NCBI GenBank assembly: GCA_002633005.1
Contig: NMRA01000511.1
Location: 249,155-313,154, forward strand
Source: Phoronis australis
Taxonomy: Eukaryota; Animalia; Phoronida
Length of the DNA stretch: 64,000 nucleotides
Direction of reading: 5' to 3'
The notes under the pieces were generated by a model, which searched no databases, was not told the DNA's origin, and worked only from the letters and a program-made list of their open reading frames with translations. The translations under genes were made by a program, and so were the position numbers. Position 1 is the first letter of the stretch, and each line of letters begins with the position of its first letter. Shown here one piece after another: positions 51,401 to 62,471 of this stretch.

Positions 51401-54218
51401 GCTTGATGATCCTGGGAGTACCTCTATTACAGGTATGAATGAAGATATATAGTTGTTAAGCCATAGAGGATAATAAAGCTTACATAATATCACACCGAGC
51501 CATCTACACCAGGCATATACAAAGGATACAGTATTTCAAAAGAAGCCTCAACTACTCATTTTCCATGGTATTACTAAATCACGAACACCTAGATTTATCT
51601 AAGAAGTTACATAGTACGATGCTACACAACCTGTTCTCCCACATTTATGGTAGGCCTAATTTGAAACATTTAACGACATATCTTTTCTATGCAAAAATAA
51701 AACAAAGCAAAACAACTAAACTCTCCAGGACCAAAAATAAACATCTCAAAACCAGAAATTTTACTTAAGCAGGAATCAATCCAATACATTGAGATTGTTT
51801 TCACACAGAAGACCAAAGAGCAGATAAAGGCCAAAATTCACCACGTCACGACTGAAAATTTATCACATCAGCACCTATAACTTATCAAGTGAGGACCAAA
51901 AATTCTTCACTTCAGGATAAAAATAAAATACTACCGAACTGAAAATTTAATAAGTCAGGTTCAAAAACTTACCATGTCAGTAACTTTCACGCCAGAACAC
52001 ACGTCACCATCCCCAAGCACTGATCTTTCAAAGTGATAATGTCCGTACTATACGTATAAACAACGGCTATATGTTCAACCTCTCGCCGACAACAGACATA
52101 TTATCTTGGAAATGCGGTTGAATTTCTTTCGTCTAATCCAAGTTTTACAATAGATGCCAATGTATAGGTACACACTGGATTGTCATCATTGCATAATGGG
52201 TGATCGCGTAGTCTCCGGGCATGAAAACAATTCTCGAGTCCTGGCGTGATACGTTTTGTGACGCAATACATCCTGGTTGCCAATTGTTTTTGATTCTGCA
52301 GAGATTTCGATTCCTGAATAGAAAATGTGTGTTCTGGATTTTTCCGCTTCAGTTTTCCATTCAGCTAACTAGTGCACAGCACAGCGTTTTTACTATCCCG
52401 TGGCGGCTCCACTGCAACGAATCACTTCTGGTACAACCTTCCGTAAATGACGTTCGTATTTTGTACATTTCTTCAGGGTAACAGTTTTCCAAGAGCTACA
52501 TATTCATCGGACGAGTTTCTGTTTGGTATTTGGTTTTATTTTCTGTCTCAGGTAGTCCTTGAGCTCATGCTCTGAATGTTTTGAAAGCGCAACTAGTTAT
52601 TTACGCAGATACGTTTTCCTGCCCGTGGGCACCGACTCGCTGAATTCATCAACCACACATTTATTTTTGAAAATGCCCTCAAAAGTGTAGTTAAAACACC
52701 GTGTTGACCATAGTCGTCAGTGTAGAAAAGCGAAATGAACAAATTTGTACACACTGCTCAAGGCACTTTTGTGGACATACGGAAACGCTAACGTCTCTGT
52801 CATACAACTCTGCGTGTGCTTGGCATTTCTCATAAAGCGCTCTCATGCTGGAAACTTTATTAAGACTGAGCACCGTTTCAAAAAAATGTATATTTTTTTC
52901 TTACAGCTGAGCACAGAAGAATTATTCGGCGATTTTAGGACTGAAACGGAACCAAATATCGAGTGGTGACTCATTAGAATGTGCAAAATTCGGGGAGGGT
53001 TGTGGGTGGCGATACAAGCATGATTTTTATTATTTTCGCGCGAAACATGTAGTTGCCACTTCTCATTCAGCGTCACTTACTACCTAAGGTGGCCAGATCA
53101 TACGCTATCAATATCACCAGACGCTTTGCTTCACAAAAGTGCACCTTTGTGTAATTCCTATCATTTTTTGCCATCGCAATCGCTTTACCAAAGGTTCGCG
53201 CACATATGCCGCGTAGTGAATACTTCTTCATCACGTATTCACATCTTCCCGTTCACAATTATGTTATTTTTTTGTCAATATGTTGTTCAGTGACGGAAAA
53301 TATTTATTTTTGGAACAACGTGAACGACCAACTGATAGGGTACTACGTGTATACATGTAACTGCTAGCCCGGATTTTAAAGTCACCGATACATGAAAACG
53401 GAATGCGCAAAGCTACAATTGCCTGTAGCCTCAACAGTGGTGATGTCACCGTCTTAGTTCGTGGAAATCGTAATCATAATATGATTTCGAAGTTAGAGCC
53501 ATCGAAGTCCGTGGGTTTAGGGCATACTGGACCGTGAATTTCGCGTATGTACTGCAAGGGTCAATACTATGAAAATGAAATCCCCGGAGTGACAGCTCTT
53601 CGCGGTGTAACAACTCACTCACTAATCCATCATCATGGGCGCGTGATAAGAGACCGGTGACTAACTTAAAACACGTAAAAAGATGCAGTTTGGCGTTACA
53701 CAAACAAAATCAATTGCGGGTGAAGACTACTAAAAATAGCTGCGTGTACAAAATGACTACAGCGTTGTATTGACCGGGAAGCAACCAATCTAATTCATCT
53801 TGTTAACGTCACGAGTCAAATTAAAGATCAAATGTAAAGAAAAATTTCACGTTTTTCATCCAAAACTTGTTGCATTGTCCATAATCCAATGTTTACTAGT
53901 ACCGCTTGCCTTCAACCTTCGAATTAGTGGTGTTACACAACCGACGTGAACTCATGTAACCGAGACAGTAATACTAGGTTAATTTATTTGACCCTGTGCT
54001 AAGACGAATCACAGGCGTCCTCAGCTTCTGATCGTCCCCAATACACTACATATAATACTACAAGGTAGGACACTCCCGACTAGAAATTCCACGGGTGCTT
54101 CACTTCAGCCGTCCATAACACACATAAAACTCAATAAATTTACACAAAACAGGGGTTCAACCGACATCGTGACTTTATGCGACAAAGCGGCAATTTCCGT
54201 ACCGTCCTTGACCACATC

Positions 54219-56054
54219 AGAATACTTGCTGATTGAAACAGTCAAATTTTAAGAAGAAAAATGCACCTAATGACCCCATGTTTGCACTAAATGACCTAAA
54301 ACTTTGGATTCCGATTTGATTTACGTGTGGCAATCAGACCTGTCAATTTGAAGTGTCTAGCTCAAAATTTTAGTTTGCACGTAATGACCTTTGACCTACT
54401 TTACCAGATTGGATGACCCGATTACTTAGAAAAGTAAATTTTTAAATTGTCATGTTGACTTATACCTGTGCACCGAATTTGAAAAGGATAGCTTTAAAAC
54501 TGAAGGAGGAGTAGCATTTTAAAATTATATGACCTTTGCACCAAACGTCATCTTTCGGTGCAATATGGAATATGATTATATAACCAATCAAAATTTATAT
54601 ACTGTCAAAAGTCATATGCTGAATTTAAAGACCGTACCTGCACCCAATTTGCAGTTATTAAGCCTCAAATTTGGTCGGAAGAAGAATAAGAAGAAGAAGA
54701 AGAAGAAGAATAAGAATAAGAATAAAATTCAAGAAAACCCAGGAACAACAGTACTCTGCGCGTGTAAGCCCAGATTAACTATGCACCCCACTGAGGATTA
54801 TTTAAAGAAGCGGGTTTACACAGATTGCTCCGCTTGTTTTTGTGTGTTCAGAACAGTGCGTGAATTGGCCACTCCCAAATTTGGAGAACAGGATACGTGT
54901 ATAAAGTCAAAATTTCCCATTTTTCGAAACATTTCTTCAACCTTTGTTAATGACTGTGAGGGATATCACTTATTTAGATATACGGCACACCAATTATACA
55001 GAATCACAGGTTTTCCGACTGACAATGGATCAGCAAATTAGGCATTGTTCAATGCAAGCTATTATGACGCGCGTTCTAGACCTACAAATTCGAATGGAAA
55101 TGAACAGTCATATTAATACATTCTTGAAAATTTTGACCGTCTTGTGTTTTTTTTAATTCACTGAGACAATTTAGCTTTTGATTTTTTTCCGATATTACAC
55201 TGTACAGTACATGTATTTTTTTAGATTAATTGGTGTTGTCCGACAACGCACATTGATTTGACGGGAACAGACATAGTTTTATTCGCTCTGTGAAATACAG
55301 TGTAGCCTACTTAGGGTTATTGCTGGTTATGGCTAACGCTGTGCTAAAGGGTAAAGGCAGGGGGAAGGCAAGGTCTGTGGACGTTGTCGGAAAAATCTTG
55401 GAGCAAGCTGAGAAAATGTCAAAAAGTTCGAGTGCATCCTCAGAAATAGTGGCCACTATGTTGTTGAATGATGTGGCCAGAAATAAATGATAATAGAGGT
55501 TACATTTCCGCCTAATAGGTTTCTCTCCCATGTTGGTGAGATGTTTGAGTTGGGGTATGTAATTCGCGTGCAGTATACAGGTGTTCGCACCGTTGATTTG
55601 GTCTGATGATGCATATTCAACTTTGAAGAATGGTTCGGTCATGCGCAGTGCCCTCTCTCGTATATTATGCTAATATTCCTACGCAGAATTACAATCAAGC
55701 TTCAACTTAGTGAAGTTTCGTTTAATATCAAAATTATCGGCAATTTGGAGTCCTAAATTTGTGAAATTTTACCTTAGCCTTTTAAGTTGTAATCATATGC
55801 TGTTAAACAACAGGTTTCAAAATTATAGTGTGGTAGAGGAATGGTCTATGTATAAATCATACTTTTATTTGTGATAATAGAAATCTAGTAGAACTGACCT
55901 ACGGTCTACTATCGATGACTGTGCAAGAGTCATTGAAGGTGTAGTTGAGTCGTGGTGGTTTTGTCAACCTATTCCAGGAATTATATTGGTCTTACAAGTA
56001 TTAACTAAAGCATTATAAACGTGTTTCTGACAGAAAAAGTATGTGCCTATAAGC
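54219..56054 (+). repeat. Second copy of the intron-1 composite repeat (5220-5464 + 8621-10500), lacking the Academ insertion
   Basis: High identity seen directly, e.g. the near-identical spurious ORFs 9582 vs 55290 and 9128 vs 54944; has one 3' hairpin instead of three and lacks 9781-~9937. Confidence 0.92.
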
Positions 56055-58186
56055 AGGAAGAGATAACCAGGAAGGGACAACTAGCTAAACCGCCGTTTTT
56101 GGCCTCCTTCCCCGGAATAATTTTAGGACTTAAGTTTCGTTTAAAAGGAAACAGATGGTTTCGTCAGAGAGATTAAAGCTTTTTCTACAGAAGGATATAA
56201 AAAATCTCACTTTGCAACCTTAAACAGTGGTGTAATTGTACTTTGAAAATATCGACTTCAGCGCACGCAATCGCAATTTCCCACACGCAGTCACGGGTAT
56301 TTAAGCTTTTCCGTCGATGTATAGATGGCGCAGTAGTCAAGTACTCCCTCATTTGCATATCAAATTTGCATGTGGGAGTTCTGAGACTCTCGTAAGTTTA
56401 GTTGTTGTCGAGCGCTTGAGTGGATAAAGCGGTGACCTCCCGCTGAGATCACGCGCTGATGAAGATACCACAGCTAACTCGATCGCTTCGCAATCAGGAG
56501 GTGAAAACACTCCCATGACCGCAGTTCTAAATTCCAGTTAAGCAAGCCCTATTTCAAGGAGCGGACTTTGAATTGTTTTCATCCCCTTACAGTGGGTTGC
56601 AGAGAGGTTTAGAACTAGGTCAACATCGAACTTTCTGAGGCTAGCTATCGTGTTGACAAAAGTTTGAAGTGTCAGAACCATAGACTGAGCGCGCGAGAGA
56701 TCTATGATTCCTGTTCTAATCCAGTTGACGAAAAAATTGCTATCGGCATAAAGAACGACCGTGGGAAATTTATTTTGAGGTGGGAACCTGTATCCAAGAA
56801 TAAATATTAATATGGACAGCACACAAACGCAATAGTTTGAAAGCTTCTAATTGTGTCTATACCATGCATTTTTCATTAATTTATTATTCACGGTTTCGCT
56901 CCTGGTCTTCAAAGAAAGCAATCTTTAAAGCTTCCTTTCTCTCCGTGTACTCCTCGATATCCTTCCCGTCGCATTCATCTATGACTTCAGTCAGATTCTC
57001 AACGGAAAATTGAACGTCTTTAATAAAGGATAGCTCAACACTGGGTTTTCTCAAGCTCAACTGTCAAATCATTGCTAGTTGTACTCTGTAATATCTCACC
57101 CTCCGCGTTTCGTTTTTTTGGGAGGTTGCGGTGTCGTGAAACAACACCGTCGAGTGAGAGAAGTTGCACCGGATAATTGGAATTGGTTGAAGTACTTTCC
57201 TTTAGAGTGCCCCGACTGCCGTTTTCTTGGCAAGTCACCTTGCCTTCCTAATTTTTTCTGGGCATTTAAGACATCGGCCTTCTGCGGTAATCAACCTTTT
57301 ATCTCCTATAGAAATGTTACGCCTAATTTTCTACCATTTTAGCACACTTTGTGGCTCTCAAGCATATCCCGGGCCTGCTGTAAGTCTAACGTTAGATATT
57401 TCGGCAAAAATCGCACACAGCTCCAGTTAGCACTGTCATAATTATATTTCTTAATTCCGCCACAGTATTGCATACTTGGAAGTTAGTTTTGCTAGGTGTT
57501 ATCCCAAATTAATCCACAATAGTTGTTCATTATCAAATGCCTCATTTCCTCCCCAAGGACAGTTCCGTCAACACAAAACGTTTCTTTGCCATTCTTCAAA
57601 AATCGTGTACATGCACTTGCTTCAAAGGACCAATAGCCGTGGCTGGAATGTCGGCAGCTTCACGACTAAGACTACAGCTAATTCCTGTTGAAATTCTTCA
57701 TACTTCAAAATTCTTGTTTGCAGGTGCTGATAATTGCCTTCAATAGTTTTCATAATAAGAGACTAGAAATCCGAGTTATCACACACGCCCACTGGCCTGC
57801 TGCTGCCTTCCATTTTCACTGCATGACAGCGTTTTCCCGTTCAGTGACTTAAAGGCGAAGGCAACCTTTTTCCATGTCATTTTGAGCTAAAATAAGGTTG
57901 GTTGGTTATCCTAGACATATTTTCCACTTAATTACAGCTTTTCGTAATTTTATAAATTACTCGTCCGCTACTCCGGAAGTGACGTTTTAGGAGGCAAGCG
58001 TTTCCCGCCACTTGGTTTTGCGTTGACTTTACCGTGCGAATCTGTTCTATTCTACTTTTGTTTTGTGCTGTTTTTCAACAATTGTCGCCACCACTTTCCA
58101 TCGGCGAGTATTCTGCGGCAAGATAGGTTAGTAGAGAACTCAACTACGTTGGATTTAGGGATTGTTTAGTGTGTTGTAAGCTGAAA

Positions 58187-58582
58187 ATGGCTGGAGTCGG
58201 TGACCCGTATCACAGTGACAGTAGTGTGAGTGACGGAGACCTTGTTCACAGCAGTGGTGACGAGGAATTTTTTCACGGACATTCAGTGGGTGGGTACATG
58301 TTTGAGCCCGAGTATAACGAGGCAGAGTACGCACAGGCACAGGCAGCTGTTGAGAGAAACGAGGCGGCTACTGAGGACAGACGTGGTGACACATCTTGGT
58401 GCAAATGCACTGTGTGCGTTGTTATGCCTACCTCAATGGAATGCTTGTGCTGTTCAGAGTTCGACGAGGCCAAGCCACTACTGGACATGGTTAAGTGGAC
58501 CTCCGGCATACCACGGACAGAGGAACAACTGTCCCACTTGCCAGAGTGTCCCGCGACACACTCCCACTGGATGGTGACCTGA
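58187..58582 (+). pseudogene. Truncated KolX protein (P2X7 ballast / nanor-like Cys-rich domain)
   Basis: GGYMFEPEY...RRGDTSWCKCTVCVVMPTSMECLCCSEF; homology ends near 58490, where the frame runs into antisense transposase sequence. Confidence 0.85.
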
Positions 58583-59280
58583 GCACCCAAACTGCTTACA
58601 CCGTGTCGTGTGACTCCCTCGCCACACACCTGGCACCTTCTAAATAGCTCCAACACTTTAGACAAGTCCACAATAAACTTATCAAAGTTTGGCTCACCGA
58701 TCTGTTCACTGGACGACAAACTGTCCTCTTCACTGGGTGTCGAACTGAGCCTGTAATCACTCCCACTACTCAATATCGCTGCAGGGCTGCTTAGAGGCTC
58801 TGGGCTGGAGAAAACAGCACAGGGCGAATCACTACTGGTTCCAGGAATTGCACGCTCGGGGGGTACGTTCGGAGGCAGGGTGACAGTTTATGAAGTGCCT
58901 CCACTGGCTCCAGTCACTGTACTGGCCACAACTCGCGAGGCTTCTCGCTTCAAAAACACACTTCTCGGGGGTGGCGACGGGGCACTGCCGGGAATCAACA
59001 CAGACGGAATGGCATCCTTCTTCAGGCATTGTTTCGCAGGGCCCTTCATCAGTTCAGCGTACAAATCCCTTTCGTAATCGGACGGCAGAAAGTGCTTGCC
59101 ACGCACACGTTATTCTCCACTGCTTTGTACGTTGCGTGGACGGGTAACGCTGCGTTCTTCACACTAACGAGTCAAGTACGGCGAAGTGTGTCATCCATCG
59201 GAAAGCGATGCAAAGGTACTCCCTAAAGCGCGCGTGAGCCGATAATTAGTACATCCTGGTACGCAGCAACAGTGTGGCAT
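58491..59280 (-). pseudogene. 5' part of Kolobok transposase (THAP plus zinc-binding region), disrupted
   Basis: MPHCCCVPGCTN../VPLHRFPMDDTLRRT*L../GKHFLPSDYERDL...LKKDAIPSV (THAP), then KFIVDLSKVLELFRRCQVC...WECVAGHSGKWDS; frameshifts and a stop; catalytic DDE domain deleted. Confidence 0.85.
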
Positions 59281-61306
59281 GTTAACTGACTAGTAAATGA
59301 AAGCAAAAGACGACGGAACTCAACACAACCGAGGTAGAACAATGACTGACTCGTCAGCTCTCACAGTCAGACTATATGAATAGAAATTGTCGCGAAATGC
59401 TTGCGTCCTAAAACGTCACTTCCGGAGTAGCGGACGAGTAATTAATAAAATTACGAAAAGCTGTAATTAAGTGGAAAATATGTCTAGGATAACCAACCAA
59501 CCTTATTTTAGCTCAAAATGACATGGAAAAAGGTTGCCTTCGCCTTTAAGCAGTCCTTGAAGGGGGCCATTGGTGACATTTAAGTGACTACCTTTTTCGT
59601 GTGTTTATTGACAAATTATTAAAGGGCCGCTAACGCAGAGAGGGCCCAATGTTGGAATTCAGTGATTACTTCTATTTTCCTGTTTTTGTGAAATCGCACA
59701 AGCGGCTTTCATATTGAGGAATGTCATTTCTTGCTGAGTTACACGACGTGTGAAAGAATCAACTGTCACTCTTTCCCAAGCTTAATGATTTTTAGTCTAT
59801 CATACCACTTTAGACGGGATCCTCTCTGGGTGGGGCGGTTCGGGAGAATTGACCATTTGGTCAATGGGCAGCGCACCATAGGGCGCTGGCGGGAGGGCTA
59901 TAGCCCCACTTTTTTCAGTGCTACGCTGCATATGGTCTATAGGCGGTGCACTACGGGGGGACTGGAGGGGGTTTTAGCCCCCACTTTTTCAGTGCTGTGC
60001 CCTGTGCCTCTATACACCTCCGACATGTCTCTGCCAACCACTCACGAGTGGAAGTTGAGATTCCAAANACGTAACCACGTTAAAAATAAGGTGTAGTCAT
60101 GCATTAGACCGGCGTAGAATCCGCGGCCAGTGATTGACGAGAAATGAACTTGAAGTGCAGGCGTTGAAGTGTGTACATTTTTGGGACACACGTTCATTTT
60201 ACCCAGCCGCCCGGCAGAAGCTGGACAAGTGGCCGTGTTTCAACAAGGAATTTTGATGAGCTCTATAGGCCAAGGACTTCGGGGACCATACCTTTCAAAA
60301 AAATCTTCAGGGAATGACCCTATTATAATGAACTTTTCCCGAAACCGTTGGGGATCAAAAAACGATCTTTGGAGCCAGAACACGGGCATAGGTTCGAGCT
60401 AAGCCGCACGTCCAAAATGAATCGTAGCGGAGCTGACCAGCGACTAGCATTAGTTCATCGAATTGCTCGTGCATGGATCAGACTTCCCGGGGACCGCCAC
60501 GACACCGGCCACCGTGGCTTAGGGCTAACGCTACTGAATTTCTGCTTTTAAATCTGGATTTAAGCAAAATGACAAAGTCCACGCATACACACACGCAAGC
60601 GTATCCAAATACAATTAAATGTATTTTCATGTGAAACCATACTCAATGTTCTTTGAACATTGACTTGGGTGAGTTCTTAGTTTTCTTGGAATCATACTAG
60701 GATATACCCGATCAAGTAGACTACTGCTTTTCAAGTCATACACTATAGGCACCTGACGTTTCAAATTGGAAGCTCGCGCCGTATGACGTCGTATGACGTA
60801 GGCGATGCGAGCCTCATTTGCATATGTTAGTGACATCTGTTGGTTCAAAAAAGAGGCTCATGCCCGAGTACATGCCTGGGAAGAAGCATCTTTTGGAAGG
60901 GTAAACATGTCACGTTCAAAGCATCCCAGTGCCAGTAATATGCAGTCTTTGAGTACCAAAGTGGTGTCATTTTATAGCTAAAGAGTTAATCTTTCAAAAT
61001 AATGCTTGGATTCCAGATAACTTGAACATTTACTTTTGAAATCACGTTTGAAATCACGTTAAAATGCGCTAAAACAGTTGTCCCTTCCTGGTTATCTCTT
61101 CCTGATCATATGTATGCCACGTAATGGTAACCAAACCAGTTATTGAAGTGAAAGCATCACGTAACCAGTAAAGTTTTATTTCATAATAAGTTTGATTTGA
61201 TTTTTCAGTTTTAGAAATATAAACATTTCCCCTTGTATATATTAAGAGTAGACATGTCTCTGGTGTCTGTAAATGGACTGAATACATTCTTGCTTTTCCC
61301 ATCCAG

Positions 61307-61431
61307 GATCTCCCATCTGCCTGTCGACCATCGTCACCTCCAGAGCTACCATCTGCTCCTCCGCCACCACCACCACTACCCCTCAGACGGAGTTCCAGGA
61401 TCAGGAGACGCCCAAGGAGGTTGATCGATGA
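61307..61431 (+). CDS. Candidate terminal exon 28 of the LRP-like gene (uncertain)
   Basis: Strong acceptor ttcttgcttttcccatccag. In phase 1 it reads GSPICLSTIVTSRATICSSATTTTTPQTEFQDQETPKEVDR-stop, which would give a 1455 aa protein. AATAAA at 61572-61577. A different frame looks like a TE protein tail. Confidence 0.35.
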
Positions 61432-62305
61432 GCTACGGCTAGGTAAAGTTACTGTTGTGTATGTTAGGTGATAATTTTGTTAACCAATTGTTTGAAAATG
61501 TCTTGAATTTTGTGTTTTGAGTTTAGTCTTATGATTAGATTGTTTATCTTAACCTTCATTGATTCCTTGAAAATAAAGACTAGTGTAGGCCATATAGGTT
61601 TTACGTATGGTAACTTGACTATAACTTCATTTTTATGGCTTATTGCTTTCTGGGTTCAGTTTCATGAAGAATGACTTAAAATCTGATCCTGCACTGACNG
61701 GGTCCGCCACAGGCAAGTCCCAGAAAATGAGACAAAGTCCACCAAAAAGGCGCAGACGGCGCACAGTTTAAAATTCTGAAGGTGGTATCCCGTTTTTTTT
61801 TTCTTTTTTTTCAGTTTTAGTTCGGCCGCCTTTTTTGTCAGCAAAAAGGTCCACAAGGCCAGAAATTCGAGCTCCCCATGCCCGGCAAACGGGCTGGGTG
61901 CGCGCATGCAAAGAGTGCCGGAACAAGACTTTTTGAGAATAGCGGCAACGTTTTCTCAACAAGTTTAAGACTGAAAACGTGTTGTTTTGGAAAATCAAAA
62001 AGTGCTTTTTAAGACTGAATGACGTGCAACTGCTTTCTCAATCAGTCGAGTTACGTACTGCATGCCTGCCTTTGGATGGCACAAATCTTTTTCCCACTGG
62101 TGAGATTATTCGTGAAAATTCACTTTCATCGCATTCTTCTATGTAGCACTGTTTCCAAAGATATTATACTTTACCTTATATACTAGGCTTGGGACGACGA
62201 CTGTTGACCCGACTCAGCACGGCATGCTAACCTTGCATACTGCGTCCTCTTCAGAACTTGAGCGTAACTAATGTTCCACCTGGCGGTCGTGTGGTAAAGC
62301 CAAGG

Positions 62306-62471
62306 ATGGATGGACTTCGTCGTCGTTTACAACCAAGTCCAACAAAAAGCGACAGAGAATCACCACCTGTCCACGAAGGAAATGAAGAGAAAGCGGAAAT
62401 GCCCGTGGTGAAACCTGGAACGTATTGGCTAACTCGTATCGTTCTCCTTCGATACTTAGCATTTATTTATT
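62306..62471 (+). CDS. LMF1: Lipase maturation factor 1, coding exon 1 (gene continues beyond the window)
   Basis: MDGLRRRLQ...KPGTYWLTRIVLLRYLAFIY matches the recalled LMF1 N-terminus (LRRR...GTFWLTRIVLLKALAFVY); donor T|gtgagt. Confidence 0.88.

Larger units (their letters stand above)
57853..59545. mobile_element. Kolobok DNA transposon, internal deletion derivative
   Basis: TTAA TSD (57849-57852 and 59546-59549); AGG...CCT ends; ~140-bp TIRs with 1 mismatch; convergent THAP-transposase and KolX ORF remnants. Confidence 0.92.
56054..61104. mobile_element. Unclassified ~5 kb TIR DNA element (~3.35 kb without the nested Kolobok)
   Basis: Perfect 29-bp TIR CAGGAAGAGATAACCAGGAAGGGACAACT (56054-56082 and 61076-61104); no TSD seen; no recognisable transposase. 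Confidence 0.75.

Noticed and set aside
56455-56515. CTGATGA...GAAA hammerhead-like core
   Set aside because: I could not build the required helices I-III around the core.
60515-60535. Minus-strand TTAGCCCTAAG resembling a telomerase RNA template
   Set aside because: It does not match the CTAACCCTAA needed for TTAGGG repeats.
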